Source: a virus
IMG/VR virus record: IMGVR_UViG_3300020548_000009
Coordinates: 20,685-84,684 of that record
Strand: one strand, 5' to 3'
DNA length: 64,000 nt
The notes under the pieces were generated by a model that worked only from the letters and a program-made list of their open reading frames with translations, was not told where the DNA came from and searched no databases. The translations under genes were made by a program, and so were the position numbers. Within the stretch, counting starts at the first letter, position 1. Each line of letters opens with the position of its first letter. Of this stretch, positions 18,712 to 29,226 are shown piece by piece.

Positions 18712-21700
18712 TCACCCGAACAATCCACTGTTTGCCAGAACCTTCATGCGGCGGGTGATTGAATCTTCCGCTGCTGCAGGTACTGGGTTATTGACCGTGA
18801 CAATAATAGGCTGGCCAGACGACGTCTGTGGTGTCGCTGTTTGACGTTGTGTGTTTCTGGTGTATCGCTCAAGAGCGGAATTCGTGACGATTGTTCCGGA
18901 AACCTTTGGAATAAACATTTCCGGGCCACGCTCCCCAACAACATATGGCATTTCACCGGAAACAGGCCCACCAACAGCCCTAAAGCCCGCAAGATACTTA
19001 TTCCATTCACTATTCAAAATGCTCTTGTATCGAGTATCGAACGCCCCAGAGGCAACCAACTGGTTCCGGAACTCTTGGCCGCCTCCTGCATACTGGCCGC
19101 CAAAACTTGCCAATGTGGCGTTCTCGACCGACTTCTTATTTGCACTCAGCCATTGCGAATATGTCATCGGCTTTGTGCCAAGTCCGCTTTGTGATGAGTC
19201 TGGGTTTATCCCGCCACCGCCGCCGCCATCAACGATTGCAGTAACTGGAATTCGCAAAACAAGTGGCGACTTGGCAAATGATTCGTTCGCCGAAAACTGG
19301 ATTGCCTTAAAAATTGCTGGACCCAATGAGTTAAGGTCCTTCCACATTTGACTGTCTTTATTGAGGAGCCCGGCAGCAAGATTTTTAAATTCAGCCCCAA
19401 TGCCGGCGGTCAGTGTATTGAGATTTCCACCAGCCTTTACAATCTTTGCAAATACTCCGTCTGGACCGTCAAGAGTTGTGTTGAATGCTTGACCAGTTAC
19501 TTCAATATTGTTACCAAGAGTAGAAACATAACCGCCAACAGTTGACACATAGCCACCGTATGTGCCAACTTGGGTTCCAAGGGTGGTTAGGTTGGTTGTG
19601 CCAACTTGCAACTTGCCACTAGCAATTCCAGTCGCTGTTGCCAAATTGTTATAAACAGTCTCAAGTTCTTTATGATTTGCGTAAAGTTCTGCTGCTGCTT
19701 CTTGTACTCCTTGGTAAGCGGAAAGGACGTTTACCGTTGCATCAGCAAGATTAAGTTGTTTGTTTTCAACATCAACAGATGCATCGATGAACTTGTTTTG
19801 CGAATCAATAACTGTGTCGTTTACCTCGGATGCTGCTGCACGCGCTTCAAATAGGGCGATTTCTGCATCTACAAGTTGGACATATGATGCGCGCCCCATT
19901 GCATAGTCGCGTGAGACACGTTCAAATTCCAATTGCAATTCATCAAGTTGTGCTTGTTCGTACCCTGTTACTTGTGCGCCTCCACCAACGCCAAAGCGCG
20001 TTTCCGCATACTGCTGTTCACGAGCGGCTCGTTTTCTGCGGTCATCAAGCGCTCGCTGCATGTTGATGAGTTTTGCCAAGTCGGCTTGAGCCTTGCGGAA
20101 GTTTAACTGCGACTTGATATAACCAGAAAGTGAGCCAATAATGTCCTTCATTCGACCCATTACTGCTTTTACGTAATCTGTGGCGGGTGTTTCGACATTG
20201 TCTTTTTGCTCAAGGAACTTTTTGAAGAAAGCGCCAGCACCCCTATAGCCACCCTTCTTGTATGCGTTCATAATGGCATTTTGCATTGACTTCTCAATTA
20301 CACGACCAGAACGACCAGCCATTTCTGCCTGGAATCCAACAGCGACACCTTCTGCGGACGGTGTACCAACTTCTTTTGCCATTACCGTTGACGGGCTCTT
20401 GATGCCGAGGCGGCGCTTCAGACGAGCAATTACATCATCGCCAACAGCGTCAATCGCTTGCGAAACATATGGTCGACCATTTTCAATACCCATGGCAAAT
20501 CCAGCCATGAGGTCATTGCCGACTTGTTGCATTTCCTTGCCTTGTGCATCTTTTGCGCCAAAAAGAGTTTTAATTATGTCCGGCATGATTCCATCACTGC
20601 TCGTACCAAATTGATGCATTTCCAAGAACTTAGTAATGTCCACTTCGCTCAATCCGGCTGCCATTCCGTCCCCAACGATTCGAGCAATTCCTTCGCCTAG
20701 CGCACGTGTTGCTCCAGCCTCGTCTCCAGCAAGTGCAAATTGATTTACGACCTCAAGAACACTGTCCATTGCATCAAGAAGGCCTTCTTGGGCCTTGTCG
20801 GCGTTAACACTTCCGGAGAACAGGTCGCCACCGGCTTTCGATGCATCCTCCCTGAAGTTACGCATAGAATCACGGAAGTCAATTTGTGCTTCTGTCATTC
20901 CTCTCGTGACACCCATAAGGGCTTCTTGGCCTCGTTGGAAATTCTTAAGTGCTGCTTGCGCTGCATCAAAATCATCAACCAGACCCTGTATTTCAGGATG
21001 CAAGCCTTCAGAGAAACGGTCGCCAAGAGCAGTTACCGCAGTATCAAGGCTGTAAACGCTGCGCACAACCTCCTCTGATTTAACGCTCATTTCCCCAAGG
21101 GCATCAACTAAAACTTTTGCCGATGCGGCAGCACCTTTTGCGCCAGATGGGATAGCCCTCATTCGGTCTCGAAGAACCTCTAATATTTCAAGTGCGCGCT
21201 GTCCCTCAACACCAAATGTATTTTCAATAAACTTAATGGCAGCAGTTTCATTTGCAGTCTTTAGAAAAACATCCCTAAAGTTTCCGGCCGATTCGCCAAC
21301 AAGTTCAAAATCTCCAGTCAGACCCTTAAGTGCTGGACCAACGATTTGAGAAATAACTTCTGCTTGAGTATTTGAGGATGTTCCAGCAGATTCAAAATAT
21401 GCTTGCCACTTTCTAATATTTGCAACAAGCGGGTTGAGTTGTCCAGTATTTTGAATTGTGTCAGTAAATGCTTGACCGTACGCACCAAGCGCTTCTTTGC
21501 TTCGGTACGCATGTTCTTCCATTTCTGTGTCGGTAACTTTTTTAATAAATGTTTCGAGTCCATCGCCAGCCTTAATTGATTCGCTGGAAATTACATCTGC
21601 CCCACTTGCCACAGCAGATGCAAGAGCCTGAAATGTCTCCGCATTGGTAAGTGGGTCACCAAATGCTTCGTTGTAGTCAACACTTGCGCCAAGTTCTCTA

Positions 21701-23628
21701 AAGGCTTTTGCAACATCTGGTCGCACCGAAAGCATCAGGGCAACAAAAGTGTCTTTAAATTCTTTTGTATTTCCGGCAAATGCGGTATCAAGCATTGACT
21801 GGATATATAGCGCTCCTGCTTGTGCGCCCTGCTTTGTGACCATGCTCTTAAAATCAGGAATGAGGTCTGGCGACTGTTCTTCAATTTCTTCCCTCATTCG
21901 CTTAACAGCCGCCATTGCATCGGCGTTATCCGTATTAATTGTTACGTCAAATACAAGATTTGACCTTCCGTATTTAACGGCTTCGTCTAGCAACGTGTTT
22001 AGTTTTCCAACACTTCCCGCAAGAGAGTCAGCGCCTTCCTTACCACTATTGAACATTCCAGCAATAAACTTGAAACCCTCAAACAACAACAAGCCAATTG
22101 TTAGAACTGGGATGATATAAGCCATTGATTTAGTCAAGAAATTCATGGAGAGGGCAACCATTCTGATTGAGCCTGCCAAAAATCCGTTTGCCGCAGTCCA
22201 TGCACCGATTGACTTTGTTACTGTTCCTGTAGCCGTACTAGCAGTCATTGTTGCTGTTGTGTATTTTGTAATCGCGCCAGTTGTTGCGTTGTATCTAAAT
22301 TGAGTTCCGAACAATGTAATATTTAAGTTTGAGCCCAAGCGAATGAGTGCCGACATTGTTTTCATAACTGTTGCAAGTGCAGCAACAGCGATTACCGCAC
22401 CAGCGGCAACACGAGCAAATCCCCTACCAAATCCAGTTCCCAAAAATGCGCCAAAAGTTTTGGTTATCGCGGTTCCAAGTTTTAACAACGATGTTATGAC
22501 TGGCTTTAAGCCTTCGCCAAGTTTAATTAACATTGTCTGTTGTTCCGCCATCGCCTTATTAAATTGCGCATCTGTTGTATTCGCGTAAGCAGAAAATGCA
22601 TAATCCAAGTCTCCAGTGGCAGATTGCATGCGCTCGAAGATTTGTGCATTTTCTTCTGCGGCAGGACCAACCAAAGAAAGCACTGCCGTAAGGGCTCGTA
22701 CGTTTCCGAATACTTTTGTAAAGTCCGCAGCGTTTTCAATGCCGCCAAGTTGGTCTCGCAATTCAATCAGGGCCGGAAATAAACCTTTTTCTTGGATATT
22801 CTTGCGAATTTCGTCTGCGTTAGTTCCAACACCAGCAAGAACTTCTTGCGCTTGCTTTGATGGCTTTAGCAACTGAGACAATGTTTGACGAACATAAATA
22901 GCAGCAGTTCCAGCGGACAAACCACCTCGCGAAAGAGCGGCGATTGCAGCAGATACGTCTTCAAATGATGCGCCGTATGCCGCGGCAACTGGCAAAACCT
23001 TACCGAGTGCCGGAGCAAACGTATCTGCTTCCGCCTTACCTTCACGTACAGTTGCAACAAGAATGTCAGTGGCTTTTGCCGCTGAGTAATTTTCTTGTCC
23101 GTATGCATTCAATGTAGAAGTGACGGCGTCGGCAACAGTGTTAGTTGTTCCCAGACCAGCAGCGGCCGCCTTTGCTGAAGCCTCAAGTACTTCAAGCGCA
23201 GTGCTTGCCTCTTTAATACCGGCAGAAGTGATGTAGTAAAGAGCGTCAGCGAGTTCCAATGGTGCTCTGGTTGTTTCTCCGGCAAGAGAAAGAACCTTTT
23301 CTCGCATCGTGTCAATGCTGTCACCACCAACGACGACCAAGCCCCTAATGCGGGAAAATGCCAACTCAAACTGTCTCTGCATTTGAATTGCCTGTTTGCC
23401 GGCATTCATAAATGCACCAACAACCGTGTACTTCATCAGGGTCGCTGTCATTCGCATTGCATCGCCAAGAGTTCTGGTGGATATTGAACTGGCAGCAAGC
23501 GACTTGCTCATTGAGCCGCCAGCGCGCGTGACGGCGCTCATTCCGCGCGCAGCAGCATTTACACCAGTGGTGGTGATGCGCACCTGTACGTTAAGTGGGC
23601 TTACCCCACCAGTTCCTGCCGCGGCCAT
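18712..23628 (-). CDS. tape measure protein (TP901-like core)
   Basis: 1638 aa, Ala-rich helical; GIKSPS and C-term GGPV....YVVGERGPEMF. Confidence 0.95.
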   Translation of the reverse strand: MAAAGTGGVSPLNVQVRITTTGVNAAARGMSAVTRAGGSMSKSLAASSISTRTLGDAMRMTATLMKYTVVGAFMNAGKQAIQMQRQFELAFSRIRGLVVVGGDSIDTMREKVLSLAGETTRAPLELADALYYITSAGIKEASTALEVLEASAKAAAAGLGTTNTVADAVTSTLNAYGQENYSAAKATDILVATVREGKAEADTFAPALGKVLPVAAAYGASFEDVSAAIAALSRGGLSAGTAAIYVRQTLSQLLKPSKQAQEVLAGVGTNADEIRKNIQEKGLFPALIELRDQLGGIENAADFTKVFGNVRALTAVLSLVGPAAEENAQIFERMQSATGDLDYAFSAYANTTDAQFNKAMAEQQTMLIKLGEGLKPVITSLLKLGTAITKTFGAFLGTGFGRGFARVAAGAVIAVAALATVMKTMSALIRLGSNLNITLFGTQFRYNATTGAITKYTTATMTASTATGTVTKSIGAWTAANGFLAGSIRMVALSMNFLTKSMAYIIPVLTIGLLLFEGFKFIAGMFNSGKEGADSLAGSVGKLNTLLDEAVKYGRSNLVFDVTINTDNADAMAAVKRMREEIEEQSPDLIPDFKSMVTKQGAQAGALYIQSMLDTAFAGNTKEFKDTFVALMLSVRPDVAKAFRELGASVDYNEAFGDPLTNAETFQALASAVASGADVISSESIKAGDGLETFIKKVTDTEMEEHAYRSKEALGAYGQAFTDTIQNTGQLNPLVANIRKWQAYFESAGTSSNTQAEVISQIVGPALKGLTGDFELVGESAGNFRDVFLKTANETAAIKFIENTFGVEGQRALEILEVLRDRMRAIPSGAKGAAASAKVLVDALGEMSVKSEEVVRSVYSLDTAVTALGDRFSEGLHPEIQGLVDDFDAAQAALKNFQRGQEALMGVTRGMTEAQIDFRDSMRNFREDASKAGGDLFSGSVNADKAQEGLLDAMDSVLEVVNQFALAGDEAGATRALGEGIARIVGDGMAAGLSEVDITKFLEMHQFGTSSDGIMPDIIKTLFGAKDAQGKEMQQVGNDLMAGFAMGIENGRPYVSQAIDAVGDDVIARLKRRLGIKSPSTVMAKEVGTPSAEGVAVGFQAEMAGRSGRVIEKSMQNAIMNAYKKGGYRGAGAFFKKFLEQKDNVETPATDYVKAVMGRMKDIIGSLSGYIKSQLNFRKAQADLAKLINMQRALDDRRKRAAREQQYAETRFGVGGGAQVTGYEQAQLDELQLEFERVSRDYAMGRASYVQLVDAEIALFEARAAASEVNDTVIDSQNKFIDASVDVENKQLNLADATVNVLSAYQGVQEAAAELYANHKELETVYNNLATATGIASGKLQVGTTNLTTLGTQVGTYGGYVSTVGGYVSTLGNNIEVTGQAFNTTLDGPDGVFAKIVKAGGNLNTLTAGIGAEFKNLAAGLLNKDSQMWKDLNSLGPAIFKAIQFSANESFAKSPLVLRIPVTAIVDGGGGGGINPDSSQSGLGTKPMTYSQWLSANKKSVENATLASFGGQYAGGGQEFRNQLVASGAFDTRYKSILNSEWNKYLAGFRAVGGPVSGEMPYVVGERGPEMFIPKVSGTIVTNSALERYTRNTQRQTATPQTSSGQPIIVTVNNPVPAAAEDSITRRMKVLANSGLFG

Positions 23629-23676
23629 ATAAATATTTTCGCACAGGCTGTGGAAATGTCAAATTTGCGAAAAGCC

Positions 23677-23900
23677 TTACTTTTCTATCTTTAGCCCCAT
23701 CTGAGCAGCAAAGGACATAAGTTGTTCTTGTCCTGCTCGCTGCTTCATCCAGCCACGCGCTTCAAAAACTACGCCCAACTGGGCCGGACTTAGTTCCCAG
23801 AATTCTTCGAGCGGCTGGCCCGTTTGGGCCCAGAGTCCGAGCCACTGTTTCCAGTCTGCAAATCCGGTAGTGCTTGGGCCAGACTTTCTGCCAGACGCTT
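23677..23900 (-). CDS. tail assembly chaperone, -1 frameshift extension (gpT-like)
   Basis: DWKQW...FWELSPAQL in the -1 frame between chaperone and TMP; no good start of its own. Confidence 0.7.
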
Positions 23901-24320
23901 TTTGTTTTCTTCGGCGAGTGCGATTGTCTGAGTGAGCATTCGACTCGCCACGATAGGGTCCACGCCATTGGCAATTGACCACGCCGTTCCAATCACGTTT
24001 GAGTAGCCGACAATTTCTCCATCAAGCATTGCTTCGCCAACATCGTAAATTGAGCGCTTCAGAACGAATGCAAGTGTCTGCCTGAGTGTTGTGTATGGCT
24101 TTTGCTCAAGTGTTTCTTGCCATTTTTCAAGATTGCCGAAAAATTCTTCAATGTCAGAAATTGAATTGTTTGTGAATCTGACGTGAATCGTTTCGGTGAT
24201 TGGCTCACCTTCTTCTGTCGTCAGGCGACCCCAATCTTCTTCGGAAGGTCCGGTTTTTGTTGTTTTTACAAAAAGGCAAGGGACGCCTTTGTTCTTGAGT
24301 ACTAGCGGTGTATAGTCCAT
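23790..24320 (-). CDS. tail assembly chaperone (gpG-like)
   Basis: Between major tail and TMP; TATGCT 6 nt before ATG 24320. Confidence 0.75.
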   Translation of the reverse strand: MDYTPLVLKNKGVPCLFVKTTKTGPSEEDWGRLTTEEGEPITETIHVRFTNNSISDIEEFFGNLEKWQETLEQKPYTTLRQTLAFVLKRSIYDVGEAMLDGEIVGYSNVIGTAWSIANGVDPIVASRMLTQTIALAEENKKRLAESLAQALPDLQTGNSGSDSGPKRASRSKNSGN

Positions 24321-24355
24321 GCACACAGCATACATACATAGTCATAAACGCGCAA

Positions 24356-24395
24356 ACGCCAGTCTTGGGGCCACACAAATCCCCAAGACTGGCGT
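24356..24395 (-). terminator. stem-loop after the major tail gene
   Basis: Perfect 15-bp inverted repeat ACGCCAGTCTTGGGG-N10-CCCCAAGACTGGCGT, weak U tail. Confidence 0.7.
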
Positions 24396-24420
24396 GAACG
24401 CCAGCAGAACTATTCAGTTA

Positions 24421-24978
24421 TTAAGCGGAAAGACCCGATGCAGCCTCGCGGAGCGTGACTGTTCCGAAGCCGATACCTGTTGCAATCGGGAGGATTGCTT
24501 CGGCGTCGAACGACGGTGTCGAGAAGTTGTCTGTCGAGCCGGACATAATCGTGCCACCAGTAATCTGGCACTTGTTCAGCGTGAAGACCATTTCTGCAAG
24601 GTCGGACTCAAGGTCGTTGACCAAGACTTCAATCTTGAAGTACGGAAGGGTGTCGCCATCGAACTCGTAAGCCGCTGCTTCAGCCGAACCGCTGCCCGAT
24701 GTCGTTGTCGAACCACCGAAGATGGTTGCGAGAACATCGAGGCTCAATTCGCTGTATGTTGCGGAGAAGTTGAGACGGTCGACCTTACCCTTCTTGGCAA
24801 GAACCTTTCCGTCACCCTTCAACTCAACCGAGATGAAGTTTGGCTCAACCGAGACTTCCTGGATACCAGGAACGTCAACGGCAGCGCCGTAGGTGATGCC
24901 ACCAGTGGCATCTGATGCGACGGGGTAGACCTTGCAGTCATGAACGTCAAATGAAATTGTTGATGTGGATGCAGCCAT
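24421..24978 (-). CDS. major tail protein
   Basis: 185 aa, acidic beta-rich; AAGGAG SD; upstream of chaperone/TMP. Confidence 0.85.
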   Translation of the reverse strand: MAASTSTISFDVHDCKVYPVASDATGGITYGAAVDVPGIQEVSVEPNFISVELKGDGKVLAKKGKVDRLNFSATYSELSLDVLATIFGGSTTTSGSGSAEAAAYEFDGDTLPYFKIEVLVNDLESDLAEMVFTLNKCQITGGTIMSGSTDNFSTPSFDAEAILPIATGIGFGTVTLREAASGLSA

Positions 24979-25063
24979 TGTTATGACTCCTTTGTTCTGC
25001 TAGTTATTCACTTTCGTGAACGGGTAAAGTCTCACAGGTTTATATGTATAGATGAAGTATTCT

Positions 25064-25930
25064 CTACGGATTTACTTTCGCCCAAGTCTTGTGATTGACA
25101 ATGCCCGTTTCTTCCAGACCAACTTTCTTCTGGAACTCCTTCACGGCCTGTTCAGTCTTTGGACCGAAGTCGCCGTCTGTTGCGCACTTCACTCCTGCTT
25201 TGTTCAGGAGTTGCTGAAGAGTTCTTACTGCGGCGCCGCTTGAGCCGACCTGCAAAATCGGATTTGACGCCGCGTTTGCTTTTCCCCTCTTGACAGCCTC
25301 TCCACCGCTCTGCGGAGCAACGGCTGGTGTTGTGATGGGGCGAGGGGCTGCAGCAGGTTCTGCTGCTGGTGCTGCAACTTCACCTGGCTTGCACACTTCG
25401 GCAGGATTTGCGTCCATCCATGCCTTTACGGCTTCTGGAACATCATCGCCTTTGGTATAACGAATATGCCATGGCTCTTCTGGCACCACTTCCCAACTCC
25501 AGCCAAACTTGCGACAGTTTGCAATCATCCACTTGAGGCGCTCACCACTTGCCGTATGAACGTCAACAGCCAAACCGCTATTGTGCTGAGATGTGCCTGG
25601 GGCCGCAAGGCTGGCAAGTTTTTCAGACTTCTTGTACCACTTCACGCCTTCAAATGTGCGTGTGCTATTGCCGTTCGGCTCTTTTGTATAGCGCTCAAGA
25701 AACACCTTGAGTTGTGCATCGTACGAACGATACAGGTCGCCGGCAGATGTTGGCTTAAGTTCAACGCCTTCCGCAGCAGCAGCGGCTTTGAGTGCCTTCC
25801 AAGCATTTGCGGCGAGCCAGTGCAGGCGTCCACCATCGACTTTGGAAAGAAGTCCATCTGGCAATCTTCCTGGCTTGTGTCCGGCAACATCCTTTGGTGG
25901 TGTCAGTTTGTCAATGTACAGTTCGGACAT
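25064..25930 (-). CDS. endolysin: M15 zinc peptidase plus peptidoglycan-binding domain
   Basis: YRSYDAQ, APGTSQH..GLAVD, EPWH; C-term L..GS.G.AV..LQ.LL...DGDFGPKT..AVK.FQ. Confidence 0.9.
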   Translation of the reverse strand: MSELYIDKLTPPKDVAGHKPGRLPDGLLSKVDGGRLHWLAANAWKALKAAAAAEGVELKPTSAGDLYRSYDAQLKVFLERYTKEPNGNSTRTFEGVKWYKKSEKLASLAAPGTSQHNSGLAVDVHTASGERLKWMIANCRKFGWSWEVVPEEPWHIRYTKGDDVPEAVKAWMDANPAEVCKPGEVAAPAAEPAAAPRPITTPAVAPQSGGEAVKRGKANAASNPILQVGSSGAAVRTLQQLLNKAGVKCATDGDFGPKTEQAVKEFQKKVGLEETGIVNHKTWAKVNP

Positions 25931-25940
25931 CTTCTATCTC

Positions 25941-26189
25941 CTATTGGTGTGCTGGATTTTCTTGTTCAACTTTTGCAAACACCTGGTTCACTTCATCTTC
26001 AGACAGTTTTCCGTCAGTAAGGAAAGCACGAGCCAAGCCTTCAAGAACATTCGCCACGCCGCCGATTCCTGCCATAAATACGGCCTTCTCCATTGATACG
26101 CCAGCAATGGTGCCTGCGCCAATGACTCCGAGACCGGTCACAACGAAAGTTGCGAAGATTCGCAGAATTACATTTTTGATGAGTTCCAT
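25941..26189 (-). CDS. putative holin
   Basis: 82 aa, two hydrophobic segments, next to endolysin. Confidence 0.6.
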   Translation of the reverse strand: MELIKNVILRIFATFVVTGLGVIGAGTIAGVSMEKAVFMAGIGGVANVLEGLARAFLTDGKLSEDEVNQVFAKVEQENPAHQ

Positions 26190-26259
26190 AATTATTCAGC
26201 CAGAGTGTGCGCCCAGCGGAGTGTTTACGCACTGAGCGCACACACCGAGGTAGCGATAC

Positions 26260-26469
26260 CTATTTCTTGGCTTCCTCCTTTTTCGCAAGGAACGAGGCAA
26301 CCGACGGGTCGCCGACCTTTGTGCTCGCCCATGCAAAAACGGCGGCAGCAAGCGGCATCAAAAGAGCCGTGAGTGTTGGGTCGACGTTGTACTTGTCGCA
26401 AAGGTAAACAACGACGCCGAGTGCGCCACCCTTAACGACTTGGTCGATTGTCTGGTTCTTCTTGTCCAT
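26260..26469 (-). CDS. small two-TM protein (holin/antiholin-like)
   Basis: AAGGAG SD before ATG 26469; two TMs; basic C-terminus. Confidence 0.55.
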   Translation of the reverse strand: MDKKNQTIDQVVKGGALGVVVYLCDKYNVDPTLTALLMPLAAAVFAWASTKVGDPSVASFLAKKEEAKK

Positions 26470-26544
26470 GATGACTCCTTTGTTAGGGCATAACGCCACT
26501 AACAGTCTCAACTAAGGAGTCGTATAGCCGGACTATGGTCCGAT

Positions 26545-28737
26545 TTATTCTGCTTTAGCCAAAAGCCTCTTCATCAAATCTTTGACAACAGATTGCTGCT
26601 CAACTTCATCACCTTCTGTAACTGCATCAACGATTTTTCTCTTTGCATCAACGAGGTCATAGATATCTTCGTCAATCGTGTCTGCGGCAAGTAGATACCA
26701 CGCTTGCACATTGTTCTTTTGACCGATTCGGTGACAGCGGTCTTCTGCTTGGTCATGCTCGCCTGGCGTCCAGCCCATTTGAACAAATACAACATCTGAA
26801 CCAGCAGTAAGTGTGATACCAACTCCACCAGCCTGCAAGTTGAGAACAATCACTCGTGCTTCCTTGTCATTTTGAAAAGCGTCAACTGCGCGCTGTCGCT
26901 CTTCGAGCGTGTCGCGACCAGAAACCCTAAAGCCTCCGTATTTGTTTGAAAGGTGGTCAACTACATCAACGTTGTGGGCGAACACAACAAGTTTGCGGTC
27001 GCATGACTCCAAGAAAGAATCAATCCACTCTTCTACCGCGTCCATCTTTGCCCACGCCGCAAGTTTTTTTAGAACCTGCGTTCTTGCCAGATGTTCAGAT
27101 GAGTCTTTTGCTTTGTAGCCGTTTGCGCTTAGGAATGAGACAAGGTCATTTTCTGCATTTCTGTAGTCCTTGAATCCAGCACCGGATACATCAAGGTGAA
27201 CGACATTTCGCACCTTGTCTGGAAGTTCTTGTAGCACCTCGTCTTTTGTTCTGCGGATGTAGCAGTTCTGACGGAGTTTTGTATTCAGTTCAACAAGGTT
27301 GCTGGCACCACCGGTATCCCAGCCAAATCCATTGTGATGAGCATTTGCATACCGTTTCAGGAATGACCACTTACCACCAAAGCGACTCAGCATTCCCATA
27401 ATCTCCAACTGAGATACAAGTTCTGCTGGTCGGTTCATAACTGGAGTTCCGGACAAAAGAAGAACTGCGCCAGACCTGCTTACCGAAGCGGCAATATCTT
27501 TTGCTGCCTTGGCACGTTTTGATGTCGCATTTTTTACATAGTGCGACTCATCAAGTATCAGTCCATTTGGTTCTAGGTGCTTGATTGGCTCAACAAACTT
27601 ATACAGAATGTCGTAGTTCACCACGTTCACATCACATGAAACAATATCAGTTTTCCCAGATACAACATTGACCGTTCTGTGGGGCAGCCATTTTGCAAAC
27701 TCTCTGCGCCAGTTTTCCTTCAGGGATGCAGGGCACACGATGATTGCCGGGAATGCATCCTTTGATTCCAGCGTTGCAATCGCCTCAACCGTCTTGCCAA
27801 GACCCATCTGGTCAGCGATAAGACACCTTCCAACTGTTGATGCATATGCAACTCCGGCCTTTTGATAAGGCATAAGAGTTCCAGAAAGAGTGGGGATTAC
27901 CACATCTGCATCGGTAGATGTGGACGCCTCAAGCAATTCAGTTTCGCGCTTTGCTGCCTTTAGCAGCGTGTCGCGCAGGGACTTGGAAATCGAAAACCCG
28001 TATTTGTCTGCAATCTCAACTGCGCTCAGCGAGGGCGGGGCTGTCCATACCCGCTTCTTTACATCCCACAAGCGACCTTGAAGTTGCTTGATTTCAGCAA
28101 CAATATCTTGGTCGTAGGGAAACTCAAAGACAAGACGGCCGCTCTTTGAGACCGTTATTGTTCTGGTCGTATCTACGGTTTGTTCTTCTGCAACTATTTT
28201 CATATCATCGAATTCTTTCGTTGTGTTGAACTTGTACTGCTTTATCAAAGACGCTACCTGCTCTTTGCTTGAGAGCGGAGCCAGCCACATGCTTGCTTCT
28301 TGGTTCCATAGGGCGCCAGGTATTTTTTGTAGTTCGCCTATCAGTTGCTCATCGTACTCGCACTCAATAGCAAACACTTCGCCATTTGTTGAGACCCTAT
28401 TGACTCCCTTTTGGCGAAGTTCTGACATTATTGATGTTGCATCTGCACCTAAATAATTCTTGGGTCTTGGGGGCGGAACTATTTGGTCATAGTCAATTCC
28501 ATGACTTTTGAGTTGGCCAACATAACGTCCAAGAACCGTCCAGGCTATGTACGAAATTGCTGGCGACCACTTTGTGTCCGGAAGCAACGAAGCGAGCGCC
28601 CCGAAACGAGAATCTGCCTTACTGAAACCAACACCATCCTGCTGCTCTGCGCCATCGCACAGACCTGCAATTTTTCTAAATGCCGTTGCTAGTGGCTTTA
28701 CATCGTAGGCATTTGTTATGCCTGGACTGTCGACCAT
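26545..28737 (-). CDS. SNF2-family ATPase with tandem HARP-like domains (SMARCAL1-like)
   Basis: LIADQMGLGKT, ILDESH, LSGTP, QAEDRCHRIGQ; two N-terminal Y...I..(L/I)..(I/L).G..W.....W repeats. Confidence 0.9.
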   Translation of the reverse strand: MVDSPGITNAYDVKPLATAFRKIAGLCDGAEQQDGVGFSKADSRFGALASLLPDTKWSPAISYIAWTVLGRYVGQLKSHGIDYDQIVPPPRPKNYLGADATSIMSELRQKGVNRVSTNGEVFAIECEYDEQLIGELQKIPGALWNQEASMWLAPLSSKEQVASLIKQYKFNTTKEFDDMKIVAEEQTVDTTRTITVSKSGRLVFEFPYDQDIVAEIKQLQGRLWDVKKRVWTAPPSLSAVEIADKYGFSISKSLRDTLLKAAKRETELLEASTSTDADVVIPTLSGTLMPYQKAGVAYASTVGRCLIADQMGLGKTVEAIATLESKDAFPAIIVCPASLKENWRREFAKWLPHRTVNVVSGKTDIVSCDVNVVNYDILYKFVEPIKHLEPNGLILDESHYVKNATSKRAKAAKDIAASVSRSGAVLLLSGTPVMNRPAELVSQLEIMGMLSRFGGKWSFLKRYANAHHNGFGWDTGGASNLVELNTKLRQNCYIRRTKDEVLQELPDKVRNVVHLDVSGAGFKDYRNAENDLVSFLSANGYKAKDSSEHLARTQVLKKLAAWAKMDAVEEWIDSFLESCDRKLVVFAHNVDVVDHLSNKYGGFRVSGRDTLEERQRAVDAFQNDKEARVIVLNLQAGGVGITLTAGSDVVFVQMGWTPGEHDQAEDRCHRIGQKNNVQAWYLLAADTIDEDIYDLVDAKRKIVDAVTEGDEVEQQSVVKDLMKRLLAKAE

Positions 28738-29183
28738 AGCCTGATGTCGTGCGGTTCTGCTGTGTACTCGCCCTCAAACGACGCGCGCTTGTGTTCAATA
28801 ATCGCCTTGTAAAGTTTGGCGTTTTCTTCCACGAGGTCTAGCGAAGTTGTGTCGGCAAGTATCGTTTTTACTTCGGAGAGGCGCTTACTAATCCCGTTCC
28901 GGTACCGCTGGGATTTGCGGACCCACTCGTCAAACTTTTGCTTTTCTTCGTAGTAGTCATTTGCGTCTTTGATGCCGAGTTCCACATCTTTTGCCATCAT
29001 GTCAATCCGGCTCTTGTGGAACACAACCTGAGACTCGCTATCTGACAAGGCTGTAATTAGCGCATGGCACCATGCCAGCCGATTTTCTTCGGCGTGAAGC
29101 CATTCAATTTCATGGTCTGTTGCCAAGCCTTTGCACTCGCGCTTGGCCATATCGAGAACATCTAGTTCTGGTTGCATTTGCAC
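28716..29183 (-). CDS. hypothetical helical protein
   Basis: 155-aa ORF overlapping the SNF2 start. Confidence 0.6.
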   Translation of the reverse strand: MQMQPELDVLDMAKRECKGLATDHEIEWLHAEENRLAWCHALITALSDSESQVVFHKSRIDMMAKDVELGIKDANDYYEEKQKFDEWVRKSQRYRNGISKRLSEVKTILADTTSLDLVEENAKLYKAIIEHKRASFEGEYTAEPHDIRLWSTVQA

Positions 29184-29226
29184 CTCTTTGGGTTGGGGGT
29201 ATTCGGTGCGCTTAGTCTAGCGTCAA

